A stretch of 20,792 bases of DNA, taken from the NCBI GenBank assembly GCA_964565725.1, contig CAZMGA010000010.1:1733-22524 (forward strand), read 5' to 3'. Made by a program: the position numbers and the translations under genes. This DNA is from an uncultured archaeon. GTDB taxonomy: Archaea > Iainarchaeota > Iainarchaeia > Iainarchaeales > 0-14-0-20-30-16. The notes below the pieces were generated by a model. It was not told where the DNA came from. It did not search any database and saw only the letters and a list, made by a program, of their open reading frames with translations. Within the stretch, counting starts at the first letter, position 1. Each line of letters opens with the position of its first letter. This document shows positions 15,492-20,792 of the stretch, piece after piece.

Positions 15492-17687
15492 TTAATCCAT
15501 ATAATAGGATGCATCTTTTGGTGTTACTTCCATTCCTTTTCTAGTTCTTATTTCACTAACAACTTTCTTTTGTAAATCAAAAGGCAACATTTCATAACCA
15601 GCATATTCAGCAGTCCAAACTGCTTTACCTTGTGTTACGGATCTAGAAGCTTGACTAAAACCAATTAATTCTTTTACAGGAGCAATACCTGTAATTATTG
15701 TTTCTCCACCATTAGTTTTTATATCTTCTAATCTTGCTCTTCTATTCTGTAATTCTTTAGTCATTGCACCCAAATAATCGTTAGGGAATGAAATATATAA
15801 TTTTTGTTTAGGTTCTATTATTACTGGATTTGATGACATAATCATAGCGCATAATCCTCTATTAATTGCAGGAATTACTTGTGCAGGACCTCTATGTATT
15901 GCATCTTCGTGTAATACAGCATCATCTATATAAAATATAGCTTTTACTACTTTTTCACCAGCTAATGGACCTTTATTTGTAGTTTCAATAAAAGATTGTA
16001 TAATTAATTCTCTAATTTCACCTAAGTGAATTATTCCTCTAGTTCTATTTACAATTACGCAACCATTATTTACAGCCCATATTTTTTTAGCAATATCTCT
16101 ATCAAAACCTATTTCAATTAACTTTTGAACTTTATCTTCATCTTTATTATCTCTAATTTTTCCAGTTATTCCTGTTTCAATTAAAGCGTCGTACATTTCA
16201 TCAGACATTTTTTCACAAATTAATTTAAATTTATTATGTTTATTTGGAGTTTTTGCTTCAATAATTGGTGATTCTTTTTGGATTGCTTCTTGGTAAACAA
16301 CAATTGGAGGACTAACTGTAATAGGTATACTATTATCATGTTCTATTCTATATTTTACAATTTCCAAATGTAATTCTCCCATTCCACTAATTAAAATTTC
16401 ACCAGTAGTTTGATTTAAATCAGATCTCACATTAGGATCTTCTTTTACAATTTGTTTTAATACTTCAATTAATTTTGGTAAATCTTTTGGGCTTTTAGGC
16501 TCAACAGACATAGTTATTACTGGTTCAGCTTTACTCATAAAATTTTCAAATTCTTTAATTTCTTGTTCTGCAACAGTTTCACCAGCATAAGTTTCTTTTA
16601 CACCTATAATTGCAGCAATATTTCCTGCAGATACTTCATCAACTAAAACTCTTTCAGGACCCATATATAAAGCAACTTGTTGTATTTTTACTGTTTTTTT
16701 AGTTCCAACTAAATAAATATCTTTACCTTTGGATATAGTTCCAGAATAAATTCTTCCTGTTGCTACATCTCCTGCATGAATATCATGAATTACATCTGTA
16801 ACCATCATTGCAAAAGGACCTTTTTGATCACAATTTCTCATAGATTTACCATATTCATTTTCCTCTTTACCCCAAATATGATCTATTCTATATTTTTGAG
16901 CTTCTAAAGGACTAGGTAAATTTTTAACAACCATATCTAATAAAGCTTGTGCTAAATGAGATTTTTGTGATAATTCTTTTTGATTTTCAGATTTACAATA
17001 TTCATAAACTTCTTTAAAAGTAATACCTGTTTTTTTAATAGAATCAAAAGTTAATGCCCAATTATTATAAGCAGATCCAAAAGCTACACTACCATCTTGT
17101 ACTGCCACATTCCATTTATTTTTAAATTCTTTAGGAGAATAATTATCTATTATATTATTTACTTCGTTTATTACTTCTATAAATCTTTTTTGCATTTCTT
17201 CAGGAGTTACTTTTAATTCGTTAACTAATCTATCAACTTTATTTAAAAATAAAATAGGTTTTACATATTCTTTTAATGCTTGTCTAATTACTGTTTCAGT
17301 TTGAGGCATTACACCTTCTACAACATCTACAACTAAAATTACACCATCAACAGCTCTCATAGCTCTAATTACATCTCCACCAAAGTCAACATGACCAGGA
17401 GTATCAATTAAATTTACTAAATAATTTTCACCAGAAGATGCATTATATACTAAAGAAATATTTGACGCATTTATAGTAATTCCTCTTTCTTGTTCTAAAT
17501 CATAAGAATCCATAAATCTTTGTTTTCCAGCTAAATTTTCAGAAATCAAACCAGATGCTGCAATTAAATTATCTGATAAAGTTGTTTTACCATGATCAAT
17601 GTGTGCAACAATACCTAAATTTCTAATATTTTTTTGATTTTTCATCATTTCTACTGCAATTTTTGCAATATCTTCTTTCTTTGCCAT
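15492..17687 (-). CDS. fusA: Translation elongation factor EF-2
   Basis: GIVAHIDHGKTTLSDNLIAASG, ERGITINASNISL, DTPGHVDFGGDVIRAMR, FLNKVDRL. C-terminal HEDAIHRGPAQVIPAI contains the diphthamide-site His. SD GGTGGTATAATG. Confidence 0.98.
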   Translation of the reverse strand: MAKKEDIAKIAVEMMKNQKNIRNLGIVAHIDHGKTTLSDNLIAASGLISENLAGKQRFMDSYDLEQERGITINASNISLVYNASSGENYLVNLIDTPGHVDFGGDVIRAMRAVDGVILVVDVVEGVMPQTETVIRQALKEYVKPILFLNKVDRLVNELKVTPEEMQKRFIEVINEVNNIIDNYSPKEFKNKWNVAVQDGSVAFGSAYNNWALTFDSIKKTGITFKEVYEYCKSENQKELSQKSHLAQALLDMVVKNLPSPLEAQKYRIDHIWGKEENEYGKSMRNCDQKGPFAMMVTDVIHDIHAGDVATGRIYSGTISKGKDIYLVGTKKTVKIQQVALYMGPERVLVDEVSAGNIAAIIGVKETYAGETVAEQEIKEFENFMSKAEPVITMSVEPKSPKDLPKLIEVLKQIVKEDPNVRSDLNQTTGEILISGMGELHLEIVKYRIEHDNSIPITVSPPIVVYQEAIQKESPIIEAKTPNKHNKFKLICEKMSDEMYDALIETGITGKIRDNKDEDKVQKLIEIGFDRDIAKKIWAVNNGCVIVNRTRGIIHLGEIRELIIQSFIETTNKGPLAGEKVVKAIFYIDDAVLHEDAIHRGPAQVIPAINRGLCAMIMSSNPVIIEPKQKLYISFPNDYLGAMTKELQNRRARLEDIKTNGGETIITGIAPVKELIGFSQASRSVTQGKAVWTAEYAGYEMLPFDLQKKVVSEIRTRKGMEVTPKDASYYMD

Positions 17688-17740
17688 TATACCACCAATT
17701 AATTAATAAATTTATTTAACAATTTTTAAATAAATACAAA

Positions 17741-17758
17741 TCTGCCTAAAAAGGCAGA
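17741..17758 (-). terminator. Hairpin in the uS7-EF-2 intergenic region
   Basis: Perfect 7-bp stem TCTGCCT-AAAA-AGGCAGA (plus strand). Minus strand is followed by TTTGTATTTATTTAAAAATTG. Confidence 0.5.
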
Positions 17759-17794
17759 AAAGTTAGAAATTATTTTTGTTTCATAACTTTTTAT

Positions 17795-18394
17795 TTATCT
17801 TGAGGATTTTGCAATTCTTTCAACTTCATCTTTTCTTTTTATAGCATAACTCTTAGTATCTTTTGATGATGCCAAAATAATTTCATTTGCTAAAACTTGT
17901 GCAAAATCTACATTCTTATTAAAAGTATTAGCAAATACTGCTAAAACTATATTTTTTAATGCTTCATCTAATTTTTTTATAGGCGCAATATCTACAGATT
18001 CTGCAGATGCAACTCCACCTTTTGTTATTCTTGTAACATCTTCATTAGGTGTTGAATTTTCAATAGCATTTATTAAAATTTGTACTGGATTTTGTTTTGT
18101 TTTCATAGCAACAATATCAAAAGCCTCGTCAACAGTTTTAATACAAACTAATTTTTTACCACAATTTTCTCTACCTCTATAAAATTTTCCACCTAATTTT
18201 TTCTTACCTTGACCAGATCTCATTAATTTATTAATTAATCTTTCAACAATATTTATATTTTCTTTAGGTTTATGATTTGAGATAATAATTCCATTTGTGT
18301 GTAAACTCATTTGATTTGACAAATTCAAATAAGGAACTAAACCCATATCTTTTACTTTTACTTCAGTAGCATCCCATTTTCCAAAAACTTTCAT
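17795..18394 (-). CDS. rps7: 30S ribosomal protein uS7 (S7)
   Basis: MKVFGKWDATEVKVKDMGLVPYLNL... ...NPVQILINAIENSTPNEDVTRITKGGVASAESVDIAPIKKLDEAL. Start refined to ATG 18394 with upstream GTGATGG. Confidence 0.96.
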   Translation of the reverse strand: MKVFGKWDATEVKVKDMGLVPYLNLSNQMSLHTNGIIISNHKPKENINIVERLINKLMRSGQGKKKLGGKFYRGRENCGKKLVCIKTVDEAFDIVAMKTKQNPVQILINAIENSTPNEDVTRITKGGVASAESVDIAPIKKLDEALKNIVLAVFANTFNKNVDFAQVLANEIILASSKDTKSYAIKRKDEVERIAKSSR

Positions 18395-18411
18395 AACCAT
18401 CACTTTTAATT

Positions 18412-18840
18412 TTATCTCTTAGATTTTTCTTTTTTACCTAATCTCAACATTTCTAAAGAAACATTATTTACTTTTTCAACCTTATATGACACACCCCAAA
18501 GGTCTCCTTTTGGTCCTCCTTTTGAACCATTAATTCCACTAACTGTAACTTCATCATGTTGATCAATATATTTTATAGCCCCATCTTTTGGTGCTAAAGC
18601 AGTTATTTTTTTACCATTACTTAATTGTATTCTTACACATTTTCTTAATCCTGAATTAGGCTGTTTTGCTTCAACAGTTCTTTTAGCTAAAACAATACCA
18701 CTTCTCATTGGAGCTCCTTCTAAAGGATCTTTTAATCTACCTGTATCTCTTTTCCATTTTTTATTTTTCTTAGCAGATTTTTTACCCCACTTTTTACTAT
18801 CTTTTAATATTTTTCTTCCTGAAAATTCACCATTACTCAT
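18412..18840 (-). CDS. rps12: 30S ribosomal protein uS12 (S12)
   Basis: [82 protein letters not shown]. Start refined to ATG 18840 with upstream AGTGATTTTA. Confidence 0.97.
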   Translation of the reverse strand: MSNGEFSGRKILKDSKKWGKKSAKKNKKWKRDTGRLKDPLEGAPMRSGIVLAKRTVEAKQPNSGLRKCVRIQLSNGKKITALAPKDGAIKYIDQHDEVTVSGINGSKGGPKGDLWGVSYKVEKVNNVSLEMLRLGKKEKSKR

Positions 18841-18873
18841 TAAAATCACTCTATAAAATTATATCTTTCAAAA

Positions 18874-18911
18874 AAAAGGTTAAATAAATAGCACCTTTTC
18901 TTTTTAAAAAG
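18874..18911 (-). terminator. Terminator-like hairpin(s) between eL30 and uS12
   Basis: Minus strand AAAAGGT-gctatttattta-ACCTTTTTTTT (7-bp stem plus T tract; plus 18874-18899), immediately preceded by the palindrome CTTTTTAAAAAG (18900-18911). Confidence 0.45.
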
Positions 18912-18920
18912 CTATCATAT

Positions 18921-19220
18921 TTACTCCTTAATTTCATTTAAAATTTTTGACTTACCTTCATCAATTACTGTTAAAGCATTAACTGGATAAGACAAACCAA
19001 TTAATTCTCCTAAAGCTAAAGGTATTTCATCTACTTCTAAAAAAGGAATTTTTCCTATTTTTGCATAATATTCTAATTTTAATAATTCTTCTCTTTTTGC
19101 AGATTTTGAAACAATTAATCCTTTTGCATTACCAAAAAGAATAGCTTTTTCTGAATCTTTAATACCTATTATAATTTTTCCTGTTTTATATGCTCTTTTT
19201 AACTCTATATCTAATGTCAT
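18921..19220 (-). CDS. rpl30e: Ribosomal protein eL30 (L30e)
   Basis: DIELKRAYKTGKIIIGIKDSEKAILFGNAKGLIVSKSAKREELLKLEYYAKIGKIPFLEVDEIPLALGELIGLSYPVNALTVIDEGKSKIL, located between rpoA2 and rps12. SD GAGGG. Confidence 0.93.
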   Translation of the reverse strand: MTLDIELKRAYKTGKIIIGIKDSEKAILFGNAKGLIVSKSAKREELLKLEYYAKIGKIPFLEVDEIPLALGELIGLSYPVNALTVIDEGKSKILNEIKE

Positions 19221-19237
19221 AATTTATCCCTCTTTAT

Positions 19238-20371
19238 TTATTTCTTTTTAATTTCTTTATTTTCTTTTGGTATTTTATCAAAGTCAACAGCTAATTCAAC
19301 TTTTCCAGCACCTACATTTATAGGCAAACCAGCCATAACATTTTCTACAACACCTTCAAATTCATCATGTTCACCATATAAAGAAGCATTAAACAAAACT
19401 TTTTCTGTTTGTTCAAATGCAGCTCTTGCTAATGGACTTTTTTTAGTATTTACTATTCCACTTCTTACAACACCTAATACTTCACCATCATAACACATAG
19501 AATCTACTAATAATAAAATATGTCTTAAATCAACACCAAATGAAGCATATACTTGTGCAATTTCTTTAAATAATAATTTTCTTGCAGCTTCAATACCAAA
19601 CATTTTATGTATTTCAAAAATATCGTTAGTATAACTTCTATAAACATCTACAAAATCTAAGTTAAAAACTTCTTTTAAATTTGAACCTTGTGTTTTTATT
19701 ACAATTTCATCATCTTCATTTGAAATTATAGCATCATTAATACCATATATTCCAACAAAACCCAAATCTAATAATTTCATAAAATATTTTCTTATTGTTA
19801 ATGGTGTTTGACCTTTAAATAAAATTTCAAAACCGTTTTTTATTTCTTTAATAGAACTTAATTTTAAAGCTGATTTTAATTGTTTTTGTAAATCTTCAAC
19901 AGTTAAATCATATTCTTCTAAAACTTTAGTTATATAATTAACCTCTATTTTTTCATTTTCAATATCTTCTTTAATAGTTACCAAATCAGACAATTTTTTA
20001 TAAATTAAAGAATTCAAATATTTTTTTAATGCTTTATCATCTTTTTTAAAATCATCTCTTATAAAAATAGTCATTACAGGATTCTTTGTTTTTGTTCTTG
20101 CATCAATTAATTCTTCTAATCTTTTTATTCCAGAGCCTACAGATACTTCTAATGCACCCGCATAGTGCTTTGTTCTTAAAGTCATTTGTGTTGCAGGTTC
20201 ACATAAAGATTGTGCAGCAACTATTCCTACAGGTTCATAATTAGGAATTAAATTATTTTCATAAAATAATTCACATTCTTTAATGAACTTAGCTTTTTGT
20301 TTTTCATCTAATTTCTGTTTTGCTAAAAAATTATTTATTTTTTCTAAATCATATTCTGGCAATTTAGTCAT
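19238..20371 (-). CDS. rpoA2: DNA-directed RNA polymerase subunit A'' (Rpo1C)
   Basis: NYEPVGIVAAQSLCEPATQMTLRTKHYAGALEVSVGSGIKRLEELIDARTKTKNPVMTI; C-terminal FGVDLRHILLLVDSMCYDGEVLGVVRSGIVNTKKSPLARAAFEQTEKVLFNAS. SD AGAGG. Confidence 0.97.
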   Translation of the reverse strand: MTKLPEYDLEKINNFLAKQKLDEKQKAKFIKECELFYENNLIPNYEPVGIVAAQSLCEPATQMTLRTKHYAGALEVSVGSGIKRLEELIDARTKTKNPVMTIFIRDDFKKDDKALKKYLNSLIYKKLSDLVTIKEDIENEKIEVNYITKVLEEYDLTVEDLQKQLKSALKLSSIKEIKNGFEILFKGQTPLTIRKYFMKLLDLGFVGIYGINDAIISNEDDEIVIKTQGSNLKEVFNLDFVDVYRSYTNDIFEIHKMFGIEAARKLLFKEIAQVYASFGVDLRHILLLVDSMCYDGEVLGVVRSGIVNTKKSPLARAAFEQTEKVLFNASLYGEHDEFEGVVENVMAGLPINVGAGKVELAVDFDKIPKENKEIKKK

Positions 20372-20390
20372 AATAAAACCTCTAAAAATC

Positions 20391-20792
20391 CTATTTTATA
20401 TTTTCTAAAATATTTTGTAATCTATTTTCTGTAAATAATTCACCAGTAACTGTTTTTACAGGATTTACTCCATCATCACCATATTTAAATTGAATTATTT
20501 TTCCATCAGCAGTTCTTACAGATTTATCTTCAAATATAGATATATCTCTTAAAGCATTAGATATTCTTCTATAAACATATCCGGAAACTTTTGTTGCAAC
20601 AGCAGTATCAACTTCACCTTCTCTTCCACCCATAGAATGGAAAAAAGCTTCTCTAGATGATAATCCACCATAGAAATTTTTTGTTAAAAAACCTCTTGCT
20701 AATGCACCTTCATCTCCTTTTTCATACATAGATAATACTCTACCAGTATAACCTCTATTAGGTCTTTTTTCTCTAACTGCTACTTGTCCCCA
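20391..20792 (-). CDS. rpoA1: DNA-directed RNA polymerase subunit A' (Rpo1N), C-terminal end; 5' part beyond window
   Basis: Frame stays open to the window edge: GQVAVREKRPNRGYTGRVLSMYEKGDEGALARGFLTKNFYGGLSSREAFFHSMGGREGEVDTAVATKVSGYVYRRISNALRDISIFEDKSVRTADGKIIQFKYGDDGVNPVK. The track Met at 20729 is internal. Confidence 0.96.
   Translation of the reverse strand, partial: WGQVAVREKRPNRGYTGRVLSMYEKGDEGALARGFLTKNFYGGLSSREAFFHSMGGREGEVDTAVATKVSGYVYRRISNALRDISIFEDKSVRTADGKIIQFKYGDDGVNPVKTVTGELFTENRLQNILENIK

Noticed and set aside
14125-17687. Search for inteins or insertions in EF-1A and EF-2
   Set aside because: Both proteins are continuous through the G1-G4 motifs and of normal length, so there is no intein or unusual insertion.

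Overview
This is an A+T-rich archaeal chromosomal segment. The family set and gene order look like a DPANN-type (Woese-/Pacearchaeota-like) genome; the lineage is inference. The right third, on the minus strand, is the classic archaeal transcription/translation cluster: rpoA1 (partial) > rpoA2 > eL30 > uS12 > uS7 > EF-2 > EF-1A > uS10, with no nusA-like gene between eL30 and uS12. The middle holds an acetate kinase, a membrane protein, a tRNA-Glu(CTC), and a class I methyltransferase whose reading frame is broken exactly at the SAM-binding motif I. The left part holds a very large partial surface protein (minus strand, 1..3869) that is absent from the supplied ORF track, a DUF192 protein, a voltage-sensor-like protein with no pore, aspartyl-tRNA synthetase, a YkgJ-like Cys-cluster protein, and a putative membrane-anchored wHTH regulator. 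That regulator is divergent from a translationally coupled MacB-type ABC operon: ATPase, tethered CARDB/COG1361-like protein, and FtsX/MacB permease. The most interesting signals are: (1) four GTTTCA elements at 20-22 bp spacing in the regulator/ABC intergenic region; (2) the methyltransferase lesion; (3) stop-codon-spanning hairpins of identical geometry on EF-1A and uS10; (4) substitutions in the trigger-loop-proximal motif of RpoA2; and (5) a terminator-like hairpin where nusA usually sits. I found no CRISPR array, transposon or phage module.
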